NCBI GenBank assembly: GCA_016235445.1
Contig: JACRLB010000032.1
Coordinates: forward strand, 10,373 to 74,372
Length of the DNA: 64,000 nt
Direction: 5' to 3'
Origin: Chloroflexota bacterium
GTDB lineage: Bacteria > Chloroflexota > Anaerolineae > Anaerolineales > Villigracilaceae
A program made the translations under genes and the position numbers. Of the stretch, positions 56,201 to 64,000 are shown piece by piece (position 1 is the stretch's first letter; each line of letters opens with the position of its first letter). The notes under the pieces were generated by a model. The model saw nothing but the letters and a program-made list of their open reading frames with translations, was not told the origin of the DNA and made no database searches.

Positions 56201-57541
56201 ATGCAAGAGAAACCAAAAGTATCTGTCAATCGAACGCGACGTGAAACTGCCGCCAAGGAATTTACCTTCACACAGGCGGATATTCCCTCGTCGAGCAACG
56301 GACTCGCCTCTTTCCGCGCCTCCGCCTGGGACGCTTTCAAGAAGCATTCCCTCCCCGTCACCACAGACGAGGCCTGGCGCCGCACTGATCTGCGTTTGCT
56401 CCCCGCGTCTGATTTCAACCTTCCCAAGGAAGGGGCTTTCGAAGATCTGCCCGCTGTCCCCGAATATTTGCTCAAGTCATTGACGGGCGATCAGCACGGC
56501 CCTCCGCAAATCACCCTGCTCCCCGGCGGCTCCCAAATTCACTTGGATGAAGTTCTCGCTAAAAAAGGCGTGGTCTTCACCGACTTCCACAGCGCTGAAA
56601 AGAATCACGCCGACCTGCTCGCAAAGTTGATCGGACAGATTGTGAAACCCGAAGACGGCAAGTTTGCCGCGCTGGCTTCGGCTCTGGCTCAAAATGGAAT
56701 TTTGCTTTATGTTCCCAAGAATGTGCAAGTGGAATACCCGCTTCACTCTGTCTTGTGGGGTCCCGGTACTGACCTTGCCCATTTCTCACACCTGATTGTC
56801 TACGTGGAAGATGGCGCATCTGTCACCTACGTCCACGAAGCGGCTTCGCCCGATGAAGTGGGCCATGCCATGCACGCAGGCGTTGTCGAAATTTACGTTG
56901 GCAAAGATGCCAACCTGCGCTTCGTTGAATTGCAATCCTGGGGTCGGCATGTCTGGAACTTCTCACACGAGCGCGCCCGTGTGGAACGCGGCGGCAATTT
57001 GGACTGGATCTTCGGCGCGGTCGGCTCACGCCTCACCAAGAACTTCTCAGACCTAGACCTCGCTGGCGAAGGCGCACTGGGACGAATGTCTGGTTTCTAT
57101 TTCACAGACGGAACCCAGCACCTCGACCACGATACCCAGCAAAATCATCTTGCTCCGCACACCACCAGCGACCTGCTTTTCAAAGGCGCACTAAAAGGAA
57201 AGAGCCGTTCCGTCTGGCAGGGCATGATCTACGTTGCCCCTGGCGCGCAAAAAACGGACGGCTACCAGGCCAACCGCAATCTTGTCCTCGACGAACAATC
57301 GCGCGCAGACTCAATCCCGGGTTTGGAAATTCTTGCAGACGATGTGCGCTGTACACACGGCGCAACGGTTGGTAAACTAGAGGCGGAGCCGCTCTTCTAT
57401 TTGAAGTCACGCGGCATTCCCCAGCGCGAAGCGGAGCAATTGGTTGTGGAAGGCTTCTTCGACCCGATCATGCAGCGCATCCCATTTGAAGGTGTGCGCG
57501 AGAGATTTCAGCAGGCCATTCAAGATAAGTTATCGAAGTAG
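56201..57541 (+). CDS. sufD: Fe-S cluster assembly protein SufD
   Basis: EAWRRTDL, LFKGAL...SVWQG, KTDGYQANRNL, PGLEILADDVRCTHGATVG. Confidence 0.95.
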   Translation: MQEKPKVSVNRTRRETAAKEFTFTQADIPSSSNGLASFRASAWDAFKKHSLPVTTDEAWRRTDLRLLPASDFNLPKEGAFEDLPAVPEYLLKSLTGDQHGPPQITLLPGGSQIHLDEVLAKKGVVFTDFHSAEKNHADLLAKLIGQIVKPEDGKFAALASALAQNGILLYVPKNVQVEYPLHSVLWGPGTDLAHFSHLIVYVEDGASVTYVHEAASPDEVGHAMHAGVVEIYVGKDANLRFVELQSWGRHVWNFSHERARVERGGNLDWIFGAVGSRLTKNFSDLDLAGEGALGRMSGFYFTDGTQHLDHDTQQNHLAPHTTSDLLFKGALKGKSRSVWQGMIYVAPGAQKTDGYQANRNLVLDEQSRADSIPGLEILADDVRCTHGATVGKLEAEPLFYLKSRGIPQREAEQLVVEGFFDPIMQRIPFEGVRERFQQAIQDKLSK

Positions 57542-57547
57542 TTTATT

Positions 57548-57580
57548 AGACCTGACAGGTCTTTGGGATCTGTCAAGTCT
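57548..57580. repeat. REP-like agacctgacaggtct palindrome pair
   Basis: agacctgacaggtct...tctgtcaagtct. Confidence 0.6.
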
Positions 57581-57679
57581 TGAAAAAATATCAGCGTGGA
57601 CAATGTTTGGGGCGTCCGATCAATTGTCCCTTAAGAATGAGGCGGAGGGCGTCTCCATTTTCAAGACAGGATGTGTGTC

Positions 57680-58306
57680 ATGATCGTAAAATCAAAAGCG
57701 AAACCCAAACCAAAGTCAAAAGCAAAAGTAAGGGCAAAGGTAACACTCAAATCCAAGGTGGCGGTAAAGGCAAAGCCTGCCAGGAAATCAACCTCCAAGC
57801 CAAAAGTGAAGGCAACTATTTTGAAAAAAAAGATTGCGAAGCCCGGCGTAAAACCCAGTTCTGGCAGTGAATTAAAAACAAAGCCGCAAGTCAGCGCGGC
57901 CGCTTCTGCGATGGCAATGGCGGTGGTGAAACCTGTGCCCCCGGTGGTCAAGCGCACATTGACCCCGCTGGTGGACCGCCACAAACCGATGAAACGTTCA
58001 CTGCGCGTGAATCAATTTGCGTTCATGAAGGCGCCCGGCCTGGATCACGCTTTTGATGTGGGCGATAGCGTGGAGGTTTTTTGCGACCACGAAAAAAGCC
58101 GCGAGCGCATCCGTGGATGGGTCAGGGGCATTGTGGTGCAGGTGGATAATAAAATGGTTGCGGTGCAGTTCCGCTCGAACGTGTATCTCACCGACGGCTG
58201 GATGGTGCCTGACCGCATCCTTTGGTATCCGTTGACCTCCGAGCATATTCGCGCATTGCCGGGCAAGAAGGCGGCAGTGAAAAAAGATTTCATTCCTGAT
58301 TATTAA
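57680..58306 (+). CDS. Hypothetical protein: Lys/Ala-rich N-terminal tail + small beta-barrel-like domain
   Basis: Co-oriented within the suf operon; agga SD 8 nt before ATG 57680; globular C-terminus GDSVEVFCDH...WVRGIVVQVD. Confidence 0.7.
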   Translation: MIVKSKAKPKPKSKAKVRAKVTLKSKVAVKAKPARKSTSKPKVKATILKKKIAKPGVKPSSGSELKTKPQVSAAASAMAMAVVKPVPPVVKRTLTPLVDRHKPMKRSLRVNQFAFMKAPGLDHAFDVGDSVEVFCDHEKSRERIRGWVRGIVVQVDNKMVAVQFRSNVYLTDGWMVPDRILWYPLTSEHIRALPGKKAAVKKDFIPDY

Positions 58307-58382
58307 GATACGTAAACAAGCAGACGGGTAAACACGTATTTACCTGTCTGCTTGTTTACTTGTTTACCTGTCTACCTTTCCC

Positions 58383-59609
58383 ATGACTCTTAATGTAGAA
58401 CAAATCCGCAAAGACTTTCCCATTCTCGAGCGCGAGACGCAGAACGGCGCGCGCATTATTTATTTGGATTCCACGGCCACTTCGCAAAAGCCCGCGCAGG
58501 TGATCGAGGCGATGAATGATTATTATCGCCGCTCGAATGCGAACATCCATCGCGGCGTGCATACGCTGGCAGAGGAAGCCACATCCATGTATGAGGGCGC
58601 GCGCGAGAAGATCGCAAAATTCATCAATGCGTCGTCTTCGCGCGAGATCATTTACACGCGCAACACAACCGAATCGATTAATCTCGTTGCGTATTCATGG
58701 GCGCGCGCAAATTTGAAGGCGGGCGATCTCGTCGTTTTGACGGAGATGGAACACCACAGCAACCTCGTCCCCTGGCACATGCTGGAAGCGGAGCGGGGCA
58801 TCGAACTGGATTTCATCCCCGTGACGGAAGACGGCCTGTTGGATTTGGAAACCTACAAATCGCTTCTTGACCGCCGCCCGAAGCTGGTCTCGTTTACGCA
58901 CATGTCCAACGTCCTAGGCACGGTCAACCCCGCCGCCGAGATCATTCGTTTGGCGCATGAAGCGGGCGCAATCGTTTTAGTGGACGGGGCGCAATCCGTG
59001 CCGCATTTGACAGTGGATGTGCAGGCGCTGGATGCAGATTTCTACGCGTTCTCTGCCCATAAAATGTGCGGGCCTACGGGCATTGGCGCGTTGTATGGAA
59101 AATCGTCCCTGCTCGAGGCCATGCCCCCATTTTTGGGCGGCGGCGATATGATCAAGGAAGTGAAATTGCGTTCCTTCCGCGCGAATACCCTGCCGCATAA
59201 ATTCGAAGCGGGCACTCCCGCCATTGCAGAAGCTGTCGGCTTTGGCGCGGCTGTAGATTACCTCTCAGCCATCGGCATGGAAAGAATCGCAGAGCATGAG
59301 CGCGAGATCACCGAATATGCTTTGGATCGCCTGGAAGAAATCCCTGGCGTGAGGTTATTCGGTCCCTCTGCTGAGAAAAAAGGCGGGGTGGCGGCCTTCA
59401 CGCTGGAAGGCGTGCATCCGCATGATGTGGCGCAAATTTTAGACCGCGATGGAATTGCCGTGCGGGCGGGACATCATTGCGCCCAGCCATTGCATGAAAA
59501 ATTTGGCATCCCCGCCACGAGCCGCGCTTCGTTTTATTTGTACAACACAAAGGACGAGGTGGATATGCTGGTGAATGGGATTTATAAAGTGAAGGAAATG
59601 TTTGGATAA
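58383..59609 (+). CDS. sufS: Cysteine desulfurase SufS (group II)
   Basis: YLDSTATSQKP, NIHRG, EHHSN, DGAQSVPH, SAHKMCGP (PLP Lys), RAGHHCA (catalytic Cys). Confidence 0.97.
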   Translation: MTLNVEQIRKDFPILERETQNGARIIYLDSTATSQKPAQVIEAMNDYYRRSNANIHRGVHTLAEEATSMYEGAREKIAKFINASSSREIIYTRNTTESINLVAYSWARANLKAGDLVVLTEMEHHSNLVPWHMLEAERGIELDFIPVTEDGLLDLETYKSLLDRRPKLVSFTHMSNVLGTVNPAAEIIRLAHEAGAIVLVDGAQSVPHLTVDVQALDADFYAFSAHKMCGPTGIGALYGKSSLLEAMPPFLGGGDMIKEVKLRSFRANTLPHKFEAGTPAIAEAVGFGAAVDYLSAIGMERIAEHEREITEYALDRLEEIPGVRLFGPSAEKKGGVAAFTLEGVHPHDVAQILDRDGIAVRAGHHCAQPLHEKFGIPATSRASFYLYNTKDEVDMLVNGIYKVKEMFG

Positions 59610-59611
59610 AC

Positions 59612-59663
59612 GCAGGGGCGATCCTTGCGGTTGCCCTCGGATAGAGGCAAGCCCTATCCCTAC
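59612..59663. repeat. REP-like gcaggggcg...ccctac element
   Basis: gcaggggcgatccttgcggttgccct...ggcaagccctatccctac. Confidence 0.5.
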
Positions 59664-59672
59664 AGGAATATT

Positions 59673-60068
59673 ATGGACGATTTATATCGCGAAGTTATCA
59701 TCGAGCATTACAAGAACCCATCCTATCGCGGCAAGCTCGACCCGCACGACATTTCGTTTGCGGACAACAATCCGCTATGCGGCGACCACATCCAAATTGA
59801 CTTGCGCGTGGGTGACAACGGAATTGTGACCGAGGCGCTGTTCGACGGCCACGGCTGTGCCATTTCGCAAGCCTCTGCAGATTTGTTGATGGAATCCATC
59901 ATCGGAAAACCGCTCGAAGAAGTGAAGAAACTAAACAAGGATTCAATCCTCGAATTGCTCGGCATCGAGCTTGGTCCCGTGCGGTTGAAATGCGCCCTGC
60001 TTTCACTCAAAGTTTTGAAGGCTGGCGTCTATGGGTTGGGAGAAGCCAGTGACTCGCTGGTGGAATAA
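59673..60068 (+). CDS. sufU: SufU/IscU-family sulfur transfer/scaffold protein
   Basis: EHYKNP, NPLCGD, GCAISQAS, RLKCA. ATG 59673 follows agga. Confidence 0.93.
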   Translation: MDDLYREVIIEHYKNPSYRGKLDPHDISFADNNPLCGDHIQIDLRVGDNGIVTEALFDGHGCAISQASADLLMESIIGKPLEEVKKLNKDSILELLGIELGPVRLKCALLSLKVLKAGVYGLGEASDSLVE

Positions 60069-60136
60069 TTCGACGATGGACAACAGACCACGGAAGAATA
60101 TCGTCCACGGTCTATCATCCCCGGTCAGGAATATCT

Positions 60137-60484
60137 ATGTTCAATTACACAGCTTTTGATGAATCAAAAGTCGAGTTTGCGGAAATTGCTCCTGCCTCTG
60201 AACTGCCGAATGGGGAACGGCTGTTTGTTGATATTGGGGACAAGCCCATTGTCATTTTCAATATCGCGGGACATTTTTTTGCAATCGGCGATGTTTGCTC
60301 GCATGATGAAGGTCCGCTTGGCGATGGCACGGTCGAGGGAAATAATATAGTCTGTCCACGGCATGGCGGCGAGTTTGATATCCGCAGTGGGCAGGCGGTG
60401 CAAATGCCCGCCGTGGTGGACATCCCTGCCTACCCCGTGCAGGTTCGGGACGGGGTTATTTTTGTGGGTTTGCCAGCGAAATAA
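60137..60484 (+). CDS. Rieske-type [2Fe-2S] ferredoxin
   Basis: CSH-x-GPL and CPRHGGEF motifs. Confidence 0.92.
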   Translation: MFNYTAFDESKVEFAEIAPASELPNGERLFVDIGDKPIVIFNIAGHFFAIGDVCSHDEGPLGDGTVEGNNIVCPRHGGEFDIRSGQAVQMPAVVDIPAYPVQVRDGVIFVGLPAK

Positions 60485-60515
60485 ACTGGCGAAGATGTTC
60501 AAGTAATCTGGAATC

Positions 60516-60548
60516 AAAAAATCACCCCGCAAGCGGGGTGATTTTTTT
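60516..60548. terminator. Intrinsic terminator of the suf operon (bidirectional)
   Basis: aaaaaatcaccccgc/gcggggtgatttttt. Confidence 0.9.
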
Positions 60549-60798
60549 GAACTTCTACAATTACATCAAAACTACATACAAGGCATGGAGTATCCCTGGA
60601 ACGTCAAACATCAACGTCAGCACAACATTCAGCCAAAAAGTACCGTCGATCTTTCCCTTCTTCATATAAACTGCCAGCGGTGGGATGAAAAGGGCGGCGA
60701 TCACTTGCAAAACTTTGTTGTCCATTGTACATTCTCCTCTTTGGTTGGGGTTTACTTACGCCCCAATTATACATCTCACAACCAGTAAATACGCAAAC

Positions 60799-62031
60799 TC
60801 ATTCCAATTGATCAGGCAACGCCCTTGGAAAAACCACCTGAAAAGCGCAACCTTTCTGCAAATCGGGCTTCAAACGAATATCCCCTTTCAAAACATTCGT
60901 CACCAGGTTGTGGACAATTGCCAGCCCCAACCCCGTCCCGCCATTGGAACGGCCCGTGGTAAAGAACGGCTCGAAGATGCGGGGCAGGTTTTCTGTGGAA
61001 ATCCCCTTGCCGTAATCCTGCACGGTCAGGCAGTACTGTTTATCGTCTGCCATCTCAAGCGTCACATCCACATCACCGCCGACCCCGTTTGGGTAGGCGT
61101 GCCGCTCCACGTTGGTTAATAAATTAATCAGAATTTGAGAGAGCACACCGCGATACCCCGTCCAATTTTTCTGCTCCAAAGCCAGCCTGCTGGTAAAGTT
61201 CACCGCAACCTGGCCGCGCTTCAAACTGACCAGCATCAGGTTTACCGTCTCTTCCACAGCCTCAGAAATATCGAATAACTCCTTTTCATCCTTCAACTGG
61301 CTGACAGAAACCCTCTTGAAATCCTGCACCAGTCGATGGGCGCGCTCCACACTGCGGCGGATCAACTCCAACGACTCAGCAATATCCGCCGCCCGCTGGA
61401 CCGTAATATCTTTGGGAACAGCCAGCTCACGAGCCATCACACTCACCGCCGCGTTGATCACCCCCAAAGGAGTGTTGATCTCGTGCGCCACACCCGCCAC
61501 CATCTCAGTCAACGCCCGCTGTTTTTCCGCCTCCATTTGAGACGCCAGAGTCCGCCTCGAAAGCAACTGCCTGAACTCGCGGTCATTCGCCGCCCGCAGA
61601 TGCTCGCTCACCGTTGAAAATATCTCGATGATCTCATCAGGGCCAGCCATGCGGATGACATCCAGCATCAAATCACGGTCAATTGCCATAAACTCCGAAT
61701 CTTTCAAAGTAAACACCGTCGCATGGCGCGGCTGTCTGCTCAAAAGGGCGATCTCACCAAAAACCTCAGACTCGGACAACTCAGCCACAACAAACCTGCC
61801 CCTGCCCGCATCGCCGTGTTCTATCCGCACCCCTCCCCTGAGAATCAAATACATCGTGGCCGAATGATCCCCCTGACGAAAAACAACCTTATCAGCCTGC
61901 ACAAAAACATGCGAGGCCGCGCTCGAAATCGCGGCCAATTGCTCACCGGAAAACGAAGCAAAGAATGTGGACTTTCTCAAAAAATCAAGGCTGGATATAT
62001 TTTTTTCGCTGGGCATTGTATACATGAGCAC
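60799..62031 (-). CDS. Cyclic-nucleotide-binding-domain histidine kinase
   Basis: FRQGD, FGEIALL...PRHATV cNMP domain; AHEINTPL, NLLTN, FFTTGRSNGGTGLGL. Start may be 62016. Confidence 0.88.
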   Translation of the reverse strand: MLMYTMPSEKNISSLDFLRKSTFFASFSGEQLAAISSAASHVFVQADKVVFRQGDHSATMYLILRGGVRIEHGDAGRGRFVVAELSESEVFGEIALLSRQPRHATVFTLKDSEFMAIDRDLMLDVIRMAGPDEIIEIFSTVSEHLRAANDREFRQLLSRRTLASQMEAEKQRALTEMVAGVAHEINTPLGVINAAVSVMARELAVPKDITVQRAADIAESLELIRRSVERAHRLVQDFKRVSVSQLKDEKELFDISEAVEETVNLMLVSLKRGQVAVNFTSRLALEQKNWTGYRGVLSQILINLLTNVERHAYPNGVGGDVDVTLEMADDKQYCLTVQDYGKGISTENLPRIFEPFFTTGRSNGGTGLGLAIVHNLVTNVLKGDIRLKPDLQKGCAFQVVFPRALPDQLE

Positions 62032-62142
62032 CTGGGTGAACTTGAATGAATTTCAAGCATATTGTATTAGTTCTTCCCATTTGCGGCCTGCTTTGCAACT
62101 CTCTTAACAGGCTCGCCATTCGCCCATTTTCCGCCGTTTCCA

Positions 62143-63177
62143 TTACTCTTCGATCACGCCGATCAACGCCTCGTAATTTGCAGGTATAACCTTCGGGGAT
62201 TTAAAAGATTCAGTGATGATGGACGGATCCTTCATCCCATGACCCGTGCATACCACCACGATTCGCTTACCCCCCGCCTCAAACTTCCCGACAGTTGATT
62301 CAGCCAACAAGCCGCTCAGCCCCGCCGCAGACGCCGGCTCCACCCAAACCCCCTCCTCTGCCAAAATTCTCTGCGCAGACAAAATCTGCTCATCCGGCAC
62401 AGCAATAATCCTGCCCTTGGATTCCTGCGCCGCATCCAAAGCCTGCTCGCCGCGCGCAGGCTTGCCGATACGAATGGCAGTGGCGACGGTTTCAGGCTTT
62501 TCTACGGGATGCCCCAACACCAGCGGAGCCGCCCCTGCCGCCTGCACGCCCAACACTTGCGGCAATCCCTTTTGATATTGCTTGAAGCCCGCCCAGTACG
62601 AAGTGATATTCCCTGCATTGCCAACAGGCAGGCACAGCCAATCAGGCGCAGAGCCGAGATCGTCGCAAATTTCAAAGGCGGCGGTTTTCTGTCCCTCGAT
62701 GCGGAATGGATTGATCGAATTGACCAGCGCAATCGGCGTCTTTTGCGTAATCTCCACAACAAGAGAAAGCGCATCATCGAACGAACCCTGTATTTGGATC
62801 ACCTCGGCTCCATACGCAATTGCCCCGGCCAGCTTCCCCACTGCAACCTTGCCTTCGGGAATCAACACAATCGAGCGAAGGCCTGCGCGTGCGGCATACG
62901 CCGCGGCAGAGGCGGCTGTGTTGCCAGTGGACGCGCAAATCACCGTTTGTGCGCCGCGCCCAACCGCTTCGCTGATGGCGGCGGTCATGCCGCGGTCTTT
63001 GAAGGAACCTGTGGGATTCAAGCCCTCAAACTTGATGAACAACTCACAGCCGAGTTCCCTGCTGAGGCGCGGCATGGGAATCAGCGGGGTGTTCCCCTCG
63101 AGCAGGGAAATGGTTTTGATGTGGGCGGGTAAATCAAGATACTGCCCGTAGCGATGGATCAAACCCTGGTAAGTCAT
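62143..63177 (-). CDS. thrC: Threonine synthase
   Basis: EGNTPL, NPTGSFKDRG, ASTGNT, PVGNAGNI, VEPASAAG, CTGHGMKD. Confidence 0.96.
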   Translation of the reverse strand: MTYQGLIHRYGQYLDLPAHIKTISLLEGNTPLIPMPRLSRELGCELFIKFEGLNPTGSFKDRGMTAAISEAVGRGAQTVICASTGNTAASAAAYAARAGLRSIVLIPEGKVAVGKLAGAIAYGAEVIQIQGSFDDALSLVVEITQKTPIALVNSINPFRIEGQKTAAFEICDDLGSAPDWLCLPVGNAGNITSYWAGFKQYQKGLPQVLGVQAAGAAPLVLGHPVEKPETVATAIRIGKPARGEQALDAAQESKGRIIAVPDEQILSAQRILAEEGVWVEPASAAGLSGLLAESTVGKFEAGGKRIVVVCTGHGMKDPSIITESFKSPKVIPANYEALIGVIEE

Positions 63178-63292
63178 GTCAACTCCAAAGTTGCCGCTTG
63201 TTTATAATCTCCTAAACTTTTCGAATAAATTACGCGCTAATTTTTTATTCCAATTCAGGCTTTTTGCGGCACGACGTAAGAATGAGGCGATT

Positions 63293-63349
63293 ATACCTGC
63301 GGTGGAAATTGTATAAAAAATCCAATTTCCACCGCAGGTATTATATAAT
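63293..63349. promoter_or_regulatory. 19-bp perfect inverted repeat and TATAAT box between divergent thrC and thrB
   Basis: atacctgcggtggaaattg (63293-63311) / caatttccaccgcaggtat (63323-63341); TATAAT at 63344-63349. Confidence 0.65.
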
Positions 63350-63355
63350 GTCCAC

Positions 63356-64000
63356 ATGATAAAAATCCGAGTCCCTGCCACGTCTGCAAATTTAGGCCCA
63401 GGCTTCGATTGTCTGGGTCTTGCCTTGAATGTTTGGAATGAAATCACGTTCGAGGCTGCCAATAAACTGACATATCATGTCACAGGCGAAGGCGCAGAGA
63501 AATTGAATAAAGGGACGAGAAATTTGCTGACAAAGGCGTACGCGCTTTTGTATGAAATCTGCGGGGAAAAAATGAGCGGCGTACAAATTTGCGCCTACAA
63601 CAAAATTTTGATGAGCAGTGGGCTTGGCTCGAGCGCGGCGGCAATTGTAGCGGGTTTGTTCGGCGCAAACGAGATGCTGGGCAGGCCGCTGGATGAAAGC
63701 GAGATTTTGAAACTCGCCACAGATATGGAGGGCCACCCCGACAATGCAGCGCCTGCCCTGCTTGGCGGACTGGTGGTTTCAGTGATGGCGCGAAATGAAA
63801 TTATTACCAAACGGTATGAAATCCCAGATTGGGCTTTGGTGATCGTCAAACCCATCGTAGATTGGCCGACCCGTACCGCCCGCGCCGTTTTGCCAAAGTC
63901 CGTTTCGCGTGCGGACGCAATCCATAATATCGGACGCGCCGTTTTGGTGGTTGACTCATTACGCACTGGCGACCTTGACCTGCTCCAAAAAATAATGGAT
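63356..64000 (+). CDS. thrB: Homoserine kinase, 3'-truncated by the window edge (absent from the ORF track)
   Basis: MIKIRVPATSANLGPGFDCLGLA, GLGSSAAA, EGHPDNAAPALLGG; frame appears open to the window end. Confidence 0.96.
   Translation, partial: MIKIRVPATSANLGPGFDCLGLALNVWNEITFEAANKLTYHVTGEGAEKLNKGTRNLLTKAYALLYEICGEKMSGVQICAYNKILMSSGLGSSAAAIVAGLFGANEMLGRPLDESEILKLATDMEGHPDNAAPALLGGLVVSVMARNEIITKRYEIPDWALVIVKPIVDWPTRTARAVLPKSVSRADAIHNIGRAVLVVDSLRTGDLDLLQKIMD

Overview
Bacterial chromosomal window. Gene content, Pro/Thr-linker secreted proteins and repeat style suggest Chloroflexota, probably Anaerolineae (inference). Housekeeping and metabolic blocks are: a 5'-truncated 5'-nucleotidase; sufR-sufT; GntR-korAB; MFS-arfB; SCP2-AOR; a polar amino-acid ABC transporter with dimethylargininase; two orphan sensor kinases; tRNA-Leu(GAG); plsX, dinG, HD-GYP and dcd; sufC-sufB(intein)-sufD-X-sufS-sufU-Rieske; and divergent thrC/thrB. 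Two accessory systems stand out. (1) 4.5-11.1 kb is an ArsR-led operon. It encodes an octaheme tetrathionate-reductase (OTR)-type cytochrome, a heptaheme OTR paralogue that lacks the catalytic heme and is fused to a cytochrome b, and two YeeE/YedE proteins, the second carrying a Cys-less rhodanese domain and a SoxY-like GGGCG tail. (2) 38.5-49.8 kb is an array of four secreted proteins with different N-terminal modules and one shared C-terminal domain ending IEYYVP. The array includes a chimeric gene made by tandem duplication and lies next to a divergent STAND-type regulator. Other direct observations are a 20/21-bp motif shared by the sufR and sufC promoters 50 kb apart, several apparently leaderless genes, and five small TIR/TSD-bounded MITE-like elements carrying palindromic cargo, one with its empty site in the window. 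No CRISPR array, rRNA or autonomous transposase was seen.
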